Shown here piece by piece: positions 1 through 10,112 of a stretch of 64,000 bases of DNA. Every line of letters begins with the position of its first letter. The stretch's first letter is position 1. Below the pieces are notes generated by a model that ran no database searches, was not told the DNA's origin, and saw only the letters and a program-made list of their open reading frames with translations. Source of the DNA: an uncultured Aliarcobacter sp. (lineage in GTDB: Bacteria; Campylobacterota; Campylobacteria; Campylobacterales; Arcobacteraceae); assembly GCA_963677435.1 (NCBI GenBank), contig OY781945.1, forward strand, positions 32,001 through 96,000. The letters run 5' to 3'. Position numbers and translations under genes: made by a program.

Positions 1-15
1 AAAAATAATCTCTTT

Positions 16-2805
16 TTAAACTATTTTAGTAAATTCTTCAAATAACTTATCGTTAAGTGGAATTTCTAATTTCAACTCTAAACTAATTGGTTTATTTCCC
101 TCATATTTAATACTATTTGCTAAACCTAAATATATAAAATTTTGGGTTTTTCTATCTACTTGGGCAAATTTTCTCACAAAAATATGAAGTTTCACTCCAT
201 GCTTTTGGTTTTCTATCAATCTTTCTCCATCGCCTTTATCTTGACTTTGAGATGGTTTACTTTGATAAGTAAAAACTTCTTTTGATAAAAAAGCATTAAA
301 ATAATTCGCAGATTTTGAAAACTTCTCTTTTTCAAGATTTATAAACAAGAAAAAGTCATCTTGATATTTTAAAAATCCACTTCCTCTAAATGAACTATGA
401 ATTTTTGGAAAGTTACAAAGTTGAGCAATATTTAACATATTATATTTTGAATAAAGTTTTAAAAATGGCATTCCAAAATCAAGGGTTTTAAACTCCTCTT
501 CATAGGTATAAATTCCATAATTCAGACTATCTTCAAAAATATCTTTGTAATCTTTATTTTCTAAAAGCTGTGAAAACTCTTTTGTTTTTGTAAGTTTTGT
601 TCCATCAAAATTTACACATTTTAAATATCTACTCGTTTGTCCTGAATCAAAATAGTCTTGATTTAGATATAAAAAACTATGAATTATAGTTTTTTTACAA
701 ACTCTATCTAAATATTTATCTAAAATTTTAAAAGCGATATTTTCATCACAAAAGTCATTAAATAAAAGATATTTTAAAATTACAAATTCATAAACTCTTT
801 TTATTGGAAGTTGATTTTCAATAAATCGTATAGCTTTGATAAAATCTTCATTTAAACAAAAATTTGTGTAAATATCTTTTGTTCTTCCAATTTCTACTTT
901 TGATAAAAACTCCACATAAGATTTGCTTTCATCTATAAAATTTAAAGGATTTATTAAATCATCAAAGGCTAAATAATCTGTTAGTTTTGGTATTTTGTTG
1001 TTTATCAAAGCTTTAAATTCAAAATATTGTTCTTTTAAATATTTAAGATTATTAAAGTTTTGATTTTCAATTTGCTCTAAAATTCTTTGTTTTGAAATCT
1101 CATCCATACAGATAAAGGCATTTTGAAAATTTGCAAAATTATTCATTAGTGAGAGTTTCAAACTATCTTTATCAATGGCTTTATTTCCAGCAAGTGCTAA
1201 AGCAATTAAATATGCTTTTTTATGGTTTCCTATAAAATCAAGAACAGTTAAAAACTCTTTATTTTTATGTTTTCTTAAACCTCGACCAAGTTGCTGTATA
1301 AAAACAATAGGAGAATTTGTTGGTCGTAAAAACAAAACTGTATTAATTGAGGGAATATCTATTCCTTCATTAAAAATATCAACTGTGAAAATTACTTCTA
1401 AAGAATCATCTTCACTCTCTAGTTTTTTGATAATTTCTTCTCTTTTTATAACTGAATCTTCACTTGTGAGATATGTGGAATTTATTCCTCTTTTATTAAA
1501 CTCTTCACTCATATAAAAACAATGTTCTTTTGAAACACAAAAACCAATGGCTTTTCTTTTTGCTCCAAAGTATGAGTAAAAATTCATCTGTTCAATTATA
1601 AATTCAACTCTTTTATTTACTTTTAGAAGTTTCGCTAATTCATCTATTTTGTTTAAATCTACATTTTCATAGTCTATTGATTTTATATCACTTATTCCAA
1701 AATAGTGAAAAGGAACAACCAGATTATTTTCAAGCGCTTCATTTAATCTAATATCACAAGCAATATTTTCATCAAATATCTCATAAATAGAATTTCCATC
1801 CATTCTATTTGAAGTAGCAGTAAGTCCCAATAAAAACTGCGGTTTAAAATACTCTATGATTTTTTTGTAGCTAGGGCTTGTTGAGTGGTGAGCTTCATCA
1901 ATTATTATGTAATCAAACTGCTCTTTTTCAAACTCTTCAAAATATAAACTCATGGTTTGAATAGTTGAAAATAGATAATCTTGCTCTTTCTCTTTTTTAT
2001 TTCCTGTAAATAATCCATAGGTTCTATTTGGAATAATATTTTCAAAACTCTGTTTTGCACTTAAAAGTATATTTTCTCTGTGAACTAAAAAAAGCATTTT
2101 TTTTGCCTTGAAGTTTTTCACATCAAAAGCACTAAGATAAGTTTTTCCAGTTCCAGTTGCTGCAATTATTAAAGCTCTGTTTTGTTTTTTTTGTCGTAGA
2201 TTTTCTAGCTTTTCTAAGGCCATTTTTTGCATGAAGTTTGTTTTTATACTTTTATTAAAAAGGGGGAAATCTCTTTTTTCATTCTTTATTGAGTTTAAAT
2301 AAAGTTCATAAGCTCTTAAAAACTTTTCATCTACAGCATAAGAATCATTCCATAAAAGATTAAACTCATCTAAAATATTTTGTAAAAAAATATCATCTTT
2401 TTTTACACTTGTTTTAACATTCCACTCAATATTTGTTTTAAAAGCACTGGCTGTTATATTTGAAGAACCTACAATTATTTCAGAAGAATCTTCAAATTCA
2501 AAGATATAAGATTTACTATGAAAGCCTATATTCGTCTCATTTGAATCATAGATTTTTAGTTCTATATTTGAAAACTCTTTTAGTTTTTCTAAGGCCTTAA
2601 CTTGAGTGAAATTTAGATAGGTTGAAGTTAGAATTTTACCTTTTATATTTTTGTTTTCAAGCTTTGAGAAAACATCCAATAAAAGCTGGACTCCACTATA
2701 ATTTATGAAAGCCACATTAAAAATAAAAGAGTTAGCTTCTAAGAGAAGTTTTGTGATATGATTGTAGAAATTTGTTGATTGATTATTTGTGATTAGATTA
2801 TTCAA
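16..2805 (-). CDS. PLD-nuclease / SF2 DEAH helicase / DUF3427-type protein, SauUSI-like type IV restriction enzyme
   Basis: 929 aa; PLD motif GFHSKSYIFE...IVGSSNIT; Walker A AATGTGKT; DEAH box IIIDEAHH; TAT, DIFNEGID and QQLGRGLR helicase motifs; long C-terminal domain; TTG start with AAGGT RBS. Confidence 0.8.
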   Translation of the reverse strand: MNNLITNNQSTNFYNHITKLLLEANSFIFNVAFINYSGVQLLLDVFSKLENKNIKGKILTSTYLNFTQVKALEKLKEFSNIELKIYDSNETNIGFHSKSYIFEFEDSSEIIVGSSNITASAFKTNIEWNVKTSVKKDDIFLQNILDEFNLLWNDSYAVDEKFLRAYELYLNSIKNEKRDFPLFNKSIKTNFMQKMALEKLENLRQKKQNRALIIAATGTGKTYLSAFDVKNFKAKKMLFLVHRENILLSAKQSFENIIPNRTYGLFTGNKKEKEQDYLFSTIQTMSLYFEEFEKEQFDYIIIDEAHHSTSPSYKKIIEYFKPQFLLGLTATSNRMDGNSIYEIFDENIACDIRLNEALENNLVVPFHYFGISDIKSIDYENVDLNKIDELAKLLKVNKRVEFIIEQMNFYSYFGAKRKAIGFCVSKEHCFYMSEEFNKRGINSTYLTSEDSVIKREEIIKKLESEDDSLEVIFTVDIFNEGIDIPSINTVLFLRPTNSPIVFIQQLGRGLRKHKNKEFLTVLDFIGNHKKAYLIALALAGNKAIDKDSLKLSLMNNFANFQNAFICMDEISKQRILEQIENQNFNNLKYLKEQYFEFKALINNKIPKLTDYLAFDDLINPLNFIDESKSYVEFLSKVEIGRTKDIYTNFCLNEDFIKAIRFIENQLPIKRVYEFVILKYLLFNDFCDENIAFKILDKYLDRVCKKTIIHSFLYLNQDYFDSGQTSRYLKCVNFDGTKLTKTKEFSQLLENKDYKDIFEDSLNYGIYTYEEEFKTLDFGMPFLKLYSKYNMLNIAQLCNFPKIHSSFRGSGFLKYQDDFFLFINLEKEKFSKSANYFNAFLSKEVFTYQSKPSQSQDKGDGERLIENQKHGVKLHIFVRKFAQVDRKTQNFIYLGLANSIKYEGNKPISLELKLEIPLNDKLFEEFTKIV

Positions 2806-2917
2806 AAAATACCTTAAATTTAATTATTGATTATAATTAAATCAAGTGTAATTTATGATAAATCACAATTTATTCACACTGCGAATATATGATTCAACAA
2901 ATACATAAAGGATTTTT

Positions 2918-3502
2918 ATGAAAAAATTAATTTTGGTTTCACTTTTAACGCTTGGTTCAAGTTTGTTTGCTGCAGATATTGGAGTTAGTATTCAAACACC
3001 AATTGGAAATGGTGGAATGCTTGGTCTAAATTTCAAATCAGATGACCATAGATATGACAACAGATATAGAAATTTTGATTATAATAGATATGGTTATGCC
3101 GATGACTTTGGATATTATTATGGATATTTTGACAGAGCTGGATATTTTTATAATAATATTTATTTCTTATTTGATAGTAGATATACATATTATGATAGAT
3201 TACATCATAGAGGTCATTTTGATTCACACCACCCTCATTATAGAAAATATAAATTTGACAAAAAAAATGATTGGAATAGATCAAAACACTATAGAAATGA
3301 TGGTGAAGTAATTTATGGTCATTATTATGATAGACCAAATAATCAAAAACAAATTAATTATAATAATGGGCACAATCCAAAACAAAATTATAATGAGCAT
3401 AATAAAAAAGAAAACTATCAAAAGCATGATAGAAAACAAGATAATAGAAATAATTACGATGATAACAATAACCATCAAAGAAATGATTACAAACATAAAT
3501 AA
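2918..3502 (+). CDS. Secreted hypothetical protein, Tyr/Asp/Asn/His-rich, low-complexity C-terminus
   Basis: AAGGA RBS; Sec signal MKKLILVSLLTLGSSLFA; 194 aa. Confidence 0.75.
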   Translation: MKKLILVSLLTLGSSLFAADIGVSIQTPIGNGGMLGLNFKSDDHRYDNRYRNFDYNRYGYADDFGYYYGYFDRAGYFYNNIYFLFDSRYTYYDRLHHRGHFDSHHPHYRKYKFDKKNDWNRSKHYRNDGEVIYGHYYDRPNNQKQINYNNGHNPKQNYNEHNKKENYQKHDRKQDNRNNYDDNNNHQRNDYKHK

Positions 3503-3516
3503 TAACAAGGGAAGTA

Positions 3517-4239
3517 ATGGAAGAGAAAAGTGTAGTTTATTATTTAACTTTTGAAGATATTAAAGATAAAAATATTCTTTTCAACTACATTTATGCAAAT
3601 GAAAATTCAAACTTTTATTTAAGTGATGATTTATCAAAAGATTTTTATATAAATCAAGCATATTGTGGTTTTATTTCAACCTCTATTTATATAAAAAAGA
3701 AATTTTATTTAGTTCCTGAGATGCAATTTGAATATGCAATATTAGATTTTGAAGATTTGCATATTAGTAAAAAAGTAAAAAAACTTTTAAATAAAAATGA
3801 TTTTATTTTTACAATAAATAAAAATTTTGATGAAGTGATCAAAAATATTCAAGCTCACCACGAAACAAATTGGTTGTCTTGGGAATATCATCAATTACTA
3901 AAAGAGCTTTTAGAGTATAAACATACAAGCATTGATTTTGAAGTTAAAAGTTTTGAGCTTTGGGATAAAAGTACGAATACTTTAGTTGCAGGAGAAGTTG
4001 GTTATAAAATCTCTTCAACTTACACTTCACTTACAGGTTTTTGCCTAAAAGATAAAAAATATAATAATTTTGGGAAACTTCAATTAGTTGTTTTAGCAAA
4101 ATATCTTCAAAAGAATAATTATAGTTTTTGGAATTTAGGTCATCCATATATGCAGTATAAATTTGATTTAGGAGCGAAAACCTTTTCAAGAAAAGATTTT
4201 CTAAAAAGATGGTTAAAGGAAGTTAACCTTCCTTTTTAA
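3517..4239 (+). CDS. aat: Leucyl/phenylalanyl-tRNA--protein transferase family
   Basis: LHISKKVKKLL, FTINKNFDEVI, SFELW...LVAGEVG, NNFGKLQL, YKFDLGA match the L/F-transferase pattern. Confidence 0.7.
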   Translation: MEEKSVVYYLTFEDIKDKNILFNYIYANENSNFYLSDDLSKDFYINQAYCGFISTSIYIKKKFYLVPEMQFEYAILDFEDLHISKKVKKLLNKNDFIFTINKNFDEVIKNIQAHHETNWLSWEYHQLLKELLEYKHTSIDFEVKSFELWDKSTNTLVAGEVGYKISSTYTSLTGFCLKDKKYNNFGKLQLVVLAKYLQKNNYSFWNLGHPYMQYKFDLGAKTFSRKDFLKRWLKEVNLPF

Positions 4240-5216
4240 TTTGCTATACTTAAAGTCATACCAAGATAAGTATTGTAAGCAATATAACATAAAAGAAGAA
4301 TCGTTCCTTCAATTCTATTGATTCTACCTTGTCGTTTTTTAAAGCCATAAGCCATTATTAAAAGAGCAATTGTTAAAGCAAACATTACTAACCAATCCCT
4401 ATTTAGAACCTCATTTGGAATATTATTCATTGGATTAATTACTGTTGCAATACCAATTACAGCTAAAAGATTGAACATATTAGAACCAACAACATTTCCA
4501 ATAGCAATATCATGCTCACCTTTACGAGCAGCAACAACAGAAGCTGCTAATTCGGGTAATGAAGTTCCTAGAGCTACAATTGTAAGACCAATTATTAAAT
4601 CACTTACTCCAAACTCATGGGCAATTCCAACTGCACCCCAAACTAAGATTCTTGAACTTCCAATTAATAATACAATTCCAATAATTAACCAAACAATTCC
4701 TGCTTTTAAACTCATATCATGTTCAATTAATTCATCTTCAATACTTGATTCTAAAATATCACCTTTACCTTTAATTGCTGAGTAAATTGACCAAGCTATT
4801 AAAGTAAAAAATCCACCTAAAAGAACAATACCTTCTATAAATGTTAAAGTATCATCTAACAATAGATATCCAGTTAAAAGAACAATTAAAAGTAAAAGAG
4901 GAATCTCTTTTTTTACTATTTTTGAATTTACAATAATAGGCGAAACAATAGCCGTAATTCCCAAAATAAGGGCAACATTTACAATATTAGAACCTAATGC
5001 ATTTCCCAATGCTAATGAAGGATTTCCCTCAAGTGCAGCAATTGCAGAAACAACCATTTCAGGGGCACTTGTTCCAAATCCTACAATTAAAATTCCGATT
5101 AATAAACTTGGCATTCCTAGATGTTTTGCAGTTGATGCAGCACCATCAACAAACTTATCTGCACTCCAAACAAGTATTGCAAATCCAGCTAGTATAGCTA
5201 GCGAAAATAAAACCAT
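4236..5216 (-). CDS. Calcium/sodium antiporter (CaCA, YrbG-like)
   Basis: Two alpha repeats GTSAPE / GTSLPE with GNALGSN / GNVVGSN; about 10 TM segments. Confidence 0.92.
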   Translation of the reverse strand: MVLFSLAILAGFAILVWSADKFVDGAASTAKHLGMPSLLIGILIVGFGTSAPEMVVSAIAALEGNPSLALGNALGSNIVNVALILGITAIVSPIIVNSKIVKKEIPLLLLIVLLTGYLLLDDTLTFIEGIVLLGGFFTLIAWSIYSAIKGKGDILESSIEDELIEHDMSLKAGIVWLIIGIVLLIGSSRILVWGAVGIAHEFGVSDLIIGLTIVALGTSLPELAASVVAARKGEHDIAIGNVVGSNMFNLLAVIGIATVINPMNNIPNEVLNRDWLVMFALTIALLIMAYGFKKRQGRINRIEGTILLLCYIAYNTYLGMTLSIAN

Positions 5217-5266
5217 TTTTTACCTTTTATATTTATAATTTTGCAATTATAGTAAGTTTTTATTAA

Positions 5267-6142
5267 TCAAAAGTTTATAGAGACATAAAAGCTTAAATCA
5301 AATTCATTGCTCTCATCTAGAAAATCTATCTTATTATAAATTGCATAAGATGGTTTTGTTGTAGTTTCATATTCACTTTTAGGTAGCCACTCATGGTAAA
5401 CCCAATGAATAAAAGGTAAAACATCTCCCGTTTTACCTTTTAAATCAAATCTTGCATAAACACCATCTGCAATTTTGAAATTTGGCAATCTATCACTTTT
5501 TACACTCTTTTTATCATCAACAACTATACACCCAATATATTGACACTCATTTAAAGGTGTAATTGTAGGATTATCATGAAAAAGTGCAATTCTTTTATAT
5601 GAAGTAATATTATTTGTCAAAATCCAAGTTTGGAGTTTTTGCCAAGTCTCTGTAATATTTACATTGTAACCTTTATTTCTGATATAAAAACTCTCAATTG
5701 CTGGCATTTTTACAATAGTTGGTTTCATATCTTTAAAACTTGCTTTTGATTGCATTGCTCGTTGTGATTGTTGTAAGATTTTATTTGAATACTCTTTATA
5801 TCCACCATTTCTCCACTCTTTTGGAGTCATTTCAAATCGTTCTTTAAATGTTTTTATAAAAGATGATTGAGAAGAATATCCACATAAATTAACAATATTT
5901 GAAATAGTTGAGTATTTATTAGTTAAAAGTAGATTTGACGCTTTTTGCAGTCTTATTGATTTAATACTTTCATAAATATTTTTTCCAAATGCCTCTTTGA
6001 AAATCCTATGCATATGAAATTTACTTATATTTAAATCAATACTTAGTTCTTCAATATCAATATTTGTCTCAATATGAGTATAAATATAGTACATAATATC
6101 GTTTGCAATTTTTGTTCTTTTTTGTAAGGTTTCTTTTTTCAT
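5267..6142 (-). CDS. AraC family transcriptional regulator with C-terminal GyrI-like domain
   Basis: N-terminal double HTH (SKFHMHRIFK; CGYSSQSSFIKTFKERFEMTPKEWR); GyrI-like HDNPTITP...YARF...WLPKS; start moved to ATG 6142 because the 6157 ATG overlaps the extended -10. Confidence 0.88.
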   Translation of the reverse strand: MKKETLQKRTKIANDIMYYIYTHIETNIDIEELSIDLNISKFHMHRIFKEAFGKNIYESIKSIRLQKASNLLLTNKYSTISNIVNLCGYSSQSSFIKTFKERFEMTPKEWRNGGYKEYSNKILQQSQRAMQSKASFKDMKPTIVKMPAIESFYIRNKGYNVNITETWQKLQTWILTNNITSYKRIALFHDNPTITPLNECQYIGCIVVDDKKSVKSDRLPNFKIADGVYARFDLKGKTGDVLPFIHWVYHEWLPKSEYETTTKPSYAIYNKIDFLDESNEFDLSFYVSINF

Positions 6143-6151
6143 ACTAAATTG

Positions 6152-6217
6152 TAGCATTTTTAAACTATAAATTTAGCATTAATAAACAATTTTTAAAGCA
6201 CTTAAAAAGAAGAACTA
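6152..6217 (+). promoter_or_regulatory. Three direct repeats with 22-bp period (TAGCATT..TAAAC), candidate AraC-family operator
   Basis: Units at 6152, 6174 and 6196; first two match 14/17; lie between divergent araC-like gene and oadG; -10 TAAAAT at 6233-6238. Confidence 0.5.
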
Positions 6218-6269
6218 TTTTTATTATTTCCCTAAAATTCAAGCGTTAAATAAACACAAGGGTTTACTT

Positions 6270-6521
6270 ATGGAAATAAACTTAGTAGCAGAGTCAATAA
6301 AATTCATGTTTTTAGGGATGGGAGTAGTATTTGCATTCCTAATAATAATGATATTTGTATTAAAAGCACAAGGTGCAATACTAACAAGATTTTTTCCTCA
6401 AAAAGAAAAAGTTGTAAATGTAGTAACAACACCTGCAAAAGTAAATAATACAAATGTAGAAACTGCAAAAATAGCCGCAATAGTTGCAGCAGTGCAACAT
6501 CATAAAAATCTAAAGGGTTAA
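6270..6521 (+). CDS. oadG: Na+-translocating decarboxylase gamma subunit
   Basis: Single TM GMGVVFAFLII; C-terminal IAAIVAAVQHH; first gene of the operon. Confidence 0.88.
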   Translation: MEINLVAESIKFMFLGMGVVFAFLIIMIFVLKAQGAILTRFFPQKEKVVNVVTTPAKVNNTNVETAKIAAIVAAVQHHKNLKG

Positions 6522-6526
6522 AATAT

Positions 6527-8353
6527 ATGTCTAAAAAATATATAGATATCATGGACACAACTTTTAGGGATGGATTCCAATCTGTCTTTGGAGGAAGAGT
6601 TCTAATGAATGATTTCTTTCCAGCAGTTGCTGCTGCAAAAGAAGCTGGGATAACTCACTTTGAGTTCGGTGGAGGAGCTAGGTTCCAATCTTTATTCTTC
6701 TATCTTCAAGAAAATGCATTTGATATGATGGATAAATTTAGGCAAATCGTTGGCCCAGATGCAAACTTACAAACTTTGGCTCGTGGTATAAACACAGTTA
6801 TGCTAGATACGGGATCAAGAGAACTAATCGACTTACATGCAAAAATGTTTGCAAAACATGGAACAACAACTATTCGTAACTTTGATGCTTTAAATGATGT
6901 TCAAAATCTTGAATATTCTGCTGAATGTATTAAAAAATATGGTTTGAACCATGAAGTAGTAATCACATTGATGGATTTACCTCCTGGTTGTTTTGGTGCT
7001 CATGATGTTGCTTTTTATGAAAAAACATTAAGACAAATTCTTGATAGTGGACTTCCTTATGATTCAATCTGTTTTAAAGATGCTTCTGGAACAAGCTCGC
7101 CTCAAAAAGTATATGAAACAATTCAAATGGCAAGAAGATTAGTTGGAGATAATACTCACCTTCGTCTTCATACCCATGAAACAGCTGGTGTTTCAGTTGC
7201 ATGTTATTTAGCTGCTTTAGATGCTGGTGCTGATGGTATTGATTTAGCTGCTTCTCCTGTAAGTGGTGGAACAAGTCAACCTGATATTCTTACTATGCTT
7301 CATGCTGTAAAAGGTAAAAATTATGATCTGGGTGGTTTAGAAATTGAAAAGATTCTAAAATACCAAGAAACATTAAATCACTGTTTAAAAGATTACTTTA
7401 TTCCCCCTGAAGCTACACAAGTTTCTCCTTTAATTCCTTTTTCTCCAATGCCAGGTGGCGCATTAACTGCTAATACTCAAATGATGAGAGATAATGGAAC
7501 TTTAGATAAATTCCCTGAAGTTATTAAAGCTATGAGAGAAGTAGTTGAAAGAGGTGGATATGGTACATCTGTAACTCCTGTTTCTCAATTTTATTGGCAA
7601 CAAGCATACGCAAATGTAATGTTTGGACCTTGGAAACAAATTGCTCCTGGTTATGGGAAAATGGTATTAGGATACTTTGGTAAAACTCCTGTTCCTGCTG
7701 ACCCAGAAATTATAGCCTTAGCTGCACAAAAATTAAAACTAGAACCAACTAGTGAAAATCCTTTAGATATTGCAGATAGAGATGAAAAGAAAAAAATCTC
7801 TGTTTGGAAACAAAGATTAGAATTAGAAGGTATTGCTACAACTGAAGAAAATATCTTTATTGCAGCTGCTTGTGATGAAAAAGGTATTGCTTTCTTAAAA
7901 GGTGAATCACCTTTTAATGTAAGAAAAAATGATGCTGTTTGTGAAGATGATAAAGATTGTAAATTAGGAGAGAAGAAAATGAATAACTCAAGTGGAAATT
8001 ATACAGTTGTTGTTGATGGTCAAAAGTTTAATGTAACTATTGCTGAAGGTAATGCTGATATTCAAGTAACACCTGTTGCTAATACTAATGTAGTAAATAA
8101 TACAGTAGCCTCTCCAGCTGCTGCACCTGTTACAAGTGGAGGAACTGCTGTTCCTGCTGCTGTTAATGGTGCAGTTTGGAAGATTCTTGTAAAAGAAGGT
8201 GATTATGTTGAAGCTGATCAACAAATTATGATTTTAGAAGCTATGAAAATGGAAATAGAGATTAATGCACCAGTTGCTGGAACTATTACTAAAATTTTAG
8301 TTAATAATACTCAAGCTGTAGATGAGGGAGAAACATTAGCCATTATTGGTTAA
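6527..8353 (+). CDS. oadA: Oxaloacetate decarboxylase alpha subunit (PycB-like carboxyltransferase + biotinyl domain)
   Basis: DTTFRDGFQS, FKD, LHTH, MPGG, VTPVSQ; biotin motif EAMKME; lies between oadG and oadB. Confidence 0.85.
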   Translation: MSKKYIDIMDTTFRDGFQSVFGGRVLMNDFFPAVAAAKEAGITHFEFGGGARFQSLFFYLQENAFDMMDKFRQIVGPDANLQTLARGINTVMLDTGSRELIDLHAKMFAKHGTTTIRNFDALNDVQNLEYSAECIKKYGLNHEVVITLMDLPPGCFGAHDVAFYEKTLRQILDSGLPYDSICFKDASGTSSPQKVYETIQMARRLVGDNTHLRLHTHETAGVSVACYLAALDAGADGIDLAASPVSGGTSQPDILTMLHAVKGKNYDLGGLEIEKILKYQETLNHCLKDYFIPPEATQVSPLIPFSPMPGGALTANTQMMRDNGTLDKFPEVIKAMREVVERGGYGTSVTPVSQFYWQQAYANVMFGPWKQIAPGYGKMVLGYFGKTPVPADPEIIALAAQKLKLEPTSENPLDIADRDEKKKISVWKQRLELEGIATTEENIFIAAACDEKGIAFLKGESPFNVRKNDAVCEDDKDCKLGEKKMNNSSGNYTVVVDGQKFNVTIAEGNADIQVTPVANTNVVNNTVASPAAAPVTSGGTAVPAAVNGAVWKILVKEGDYVEADQQIMILEAMKMEIEINAPVAGTITKILVNNTQAVDEGETLAIIG

Positions 8354-8371
8354 TGTTATAAAAGGGAATTG

Positions 8372-9700
8372 ATGAAAAAAAATATATTAGTAGCTTTTTT
8401 TCTTGTGTTTACACTTTTTACATCTACTAGCTTTGCGTCAACAAATTCAGAGTCAGTTGTAAATACACAAGATAAAGAGACTTATCACTCAAAAACAATG
8501 GGTGAATTAGTAGCATCATTTTATGCAACAACTGGAATAAAAGCACTGCTACAACCCCATGAAGGTGTAAAAGATTCAAGAGGATTAGAAATGAGTCTAT
8601 TTGCCCAAAGTGGTGGTAGAGTTATTATGATTCTTATTTGTTTTTTATTGTTTTATTTAGCAATTAAAAAAGGATTTGAACCATTATTACTACTTCCAAT
8701 TGGATTTGGTGGATTATTAGCAAATATTCCAATTGCTAATATGGCAAGTGACCATGGGATGTTAGGTATTATTTATAATATGGGAATTGCAAATGAGTTT
8801 TTCCCATTATTAATATTTATGGGTGTGGGAGCTATGACAGACTTTGGTCCATTATTAGCTAATCCAAAAACTGCCCTTCTTGGTGGTGCTGCACAGTTTG
8901 GTATTTTTGGATCACTTGTTGGTGCTGTTGTTCTTTCTCAATATGTTCCAGGGATCGATTTTACACTTCAACAAGCAGCAGCTATTTCTATTATTGGAGG
9001 AGCTGATGGACCAACATCTATATTTATAGCCTCTGCTTTAGCACCTGAATTACTAGGAGCAATAGCAGTAGCAGCATATTCATATATGGCATTAGTACCA
9101 GTTATTCAACCTCCAATTATGAAGGTGTTAACAACTGATAGTGAGAGAAGAATAAAAATGAAATCTACAAGAAAGGTTTCAAAACTAGAGAAAATCATCT
9201 TTCCTTTAGTAGTATTAACACTAACAATTTTAATATTGCCAGATGCAGCACCATTAATTGGAGCATTATGCTTTGGAAATTTTGCGAAAGAATCAGGAGT
9301 TGTTGATAGACTTTCTGATACAATGCAAAACGCATTAATCAATATTGTAACTATATTTTTAGGATTAGGTGTTGGTTCAAAACTAGCATCAGAGCAATTC
9401 TTAGTAGCAGAGACAATGGGAATTATGATAATAGGTCTTTTGGCATTTAGTGCAGGAACAGCAATGGGTGTTATAATGGCTAAATTAATGAATTTAGTAA
9501 GTTCAAAAGATAATCAGATCAATCCTTTGATTGGAGCAGCAGGAGTATCAGCTGTGCCAATGGCAGCAAGGGTTGTAAGTAAAGAAGGTCAGCTTTATGA
9601 CAAATCGAACATTTTATTAATGCATGCGATGGGTCCTAATGTGGCTGGGGTAATTGGTTCAGCGGTTGCTGCTGGTGTCCTTTTATCGATATTTAAATAA
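8372..9700 (+). CDS. oadB: Na+-translocating decarboxylase beta subunit
   Basis: [58 protein letters not shown]. Confidence 0.95.
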   Translation: MKKNILVAFFLVFTLFTSTSFASTNSESVVNTQDKETYHSKTMGELVASFYATTGIKALLQPHEGVKDSRGLEMSLFAQSGGRVIMILICFLLFYLAIKKGFEPLLLLPIGFGGLLANIPIANMASDHGMLGIIYNMGIANEFFPLLIFMGVGAMTDFGPLLANPKTALLGGAAQFGIFGSLVGAVVLSQYVPGIDFTLQQAAAISIIGGADGPTSIFIASALAPELLGAIAVAAYSYMALVPVIQPPIMKVLTTDSERRIKMKSTRKVSKLEKIIFPLVVLTLTILILPDAAPLIGALCFGNFAKESGVVDRLSDTMQNALINIVTIFLGLGVGSKLASEQFLVAETMGIMIIGLLAFSAGTAMGVIMAKLMNLVSSKDNQINPLIGAAGVSAVPMAARVVSKEGQLYDKSNILLMHAMGPNVAGVIGSAVAAGVLLSIFK

Positions 9701-9715
9701 TTAAAATCTTTTTCT

Positions 9716-9749
9716 AAGCCTAGATAGATTCACTCTATCTAGGCTTTTC
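9716..9749 (+). terminator. Intrinsic terminator of oad operon
   Basis: AAGCCTAGATAGA/TCTATCTAGGCTT inverted repeat followed by T run. Confidence 0.8.
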
Positions 9750-9827
9750 TTATTTTTAAATCAAATCTTTTTACCTTAATTTTCCTCTTTATTTTTTATC
9801 ATTCTTTAAAATAACCCTAGGTTTTTA

Positions 9828-9856
9828 TTGACTTCTATTTACTAAAGTGTTATGCT
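9828..9856 (+). promoter_or_regulatory. Sigma70 promoter of the cytochrome bd operon
   Basis: TTGACT (9828-9833), 17-nt spacer, TG-n-TATGCT (9851-9856). Confidence 0.65.
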
Positions 9857-9887
9857 TTCTTTTATAATTATAATAAGGGAAAATTAT

Positions 9888-10100
9888 ATGTTAATAATTA
9901 AGAATATTTATTATTTTTATCTTAATGGTTTCAAGAATATGAGACTAGGTAAGACTTTATGGAAAATTGTCTTAATAAAATTATTAGTCATACTTATATT
10001 TATAAATCTTTTCATTGACAACAAATCATTAAAATCTGAATATAAAACTTATGATGAAAAAGTTGATTTTGTTTATAAAAATCTAATCAAAGAAAATTAG
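9888..10100 (+). CDS. DUF4492-like small membrane protein upstream of cydA
   Basis: YYFYLNGFKNMRLGKTLWKIVLIKL; AAGGGA RBS before ATG 9888; the track ATG at 9852 lies in the -10 box. Confidence 0.8.
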   Translation: MLIIKNIYYFYLNGFKNMRLGKTLWKIVLIKLLVILIFINLFIDNKSLKSEYKTYDEKVDFVYKNLIKEN

Positions 10101-10112
10101 AAGGAATTTAAA

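Noticed and set aside
2827..2845. TTGAT...ATCAA as an FNR site
   Set aside because: Spacer is 9 nt rather than 4; could be another operator over the helicase-nuclease -10, but unsupported in such AT-rich DNA
3033..3554. Several overlapping alternative-frame ORFs (3033-3338, 3042-3311, 3281-3508, 3315-3554)
   Set aside because: By-products of the low-complexity AAT/GAT/TAT/CAT codons of the real 2918-3502 gene; no RBS or family motifs
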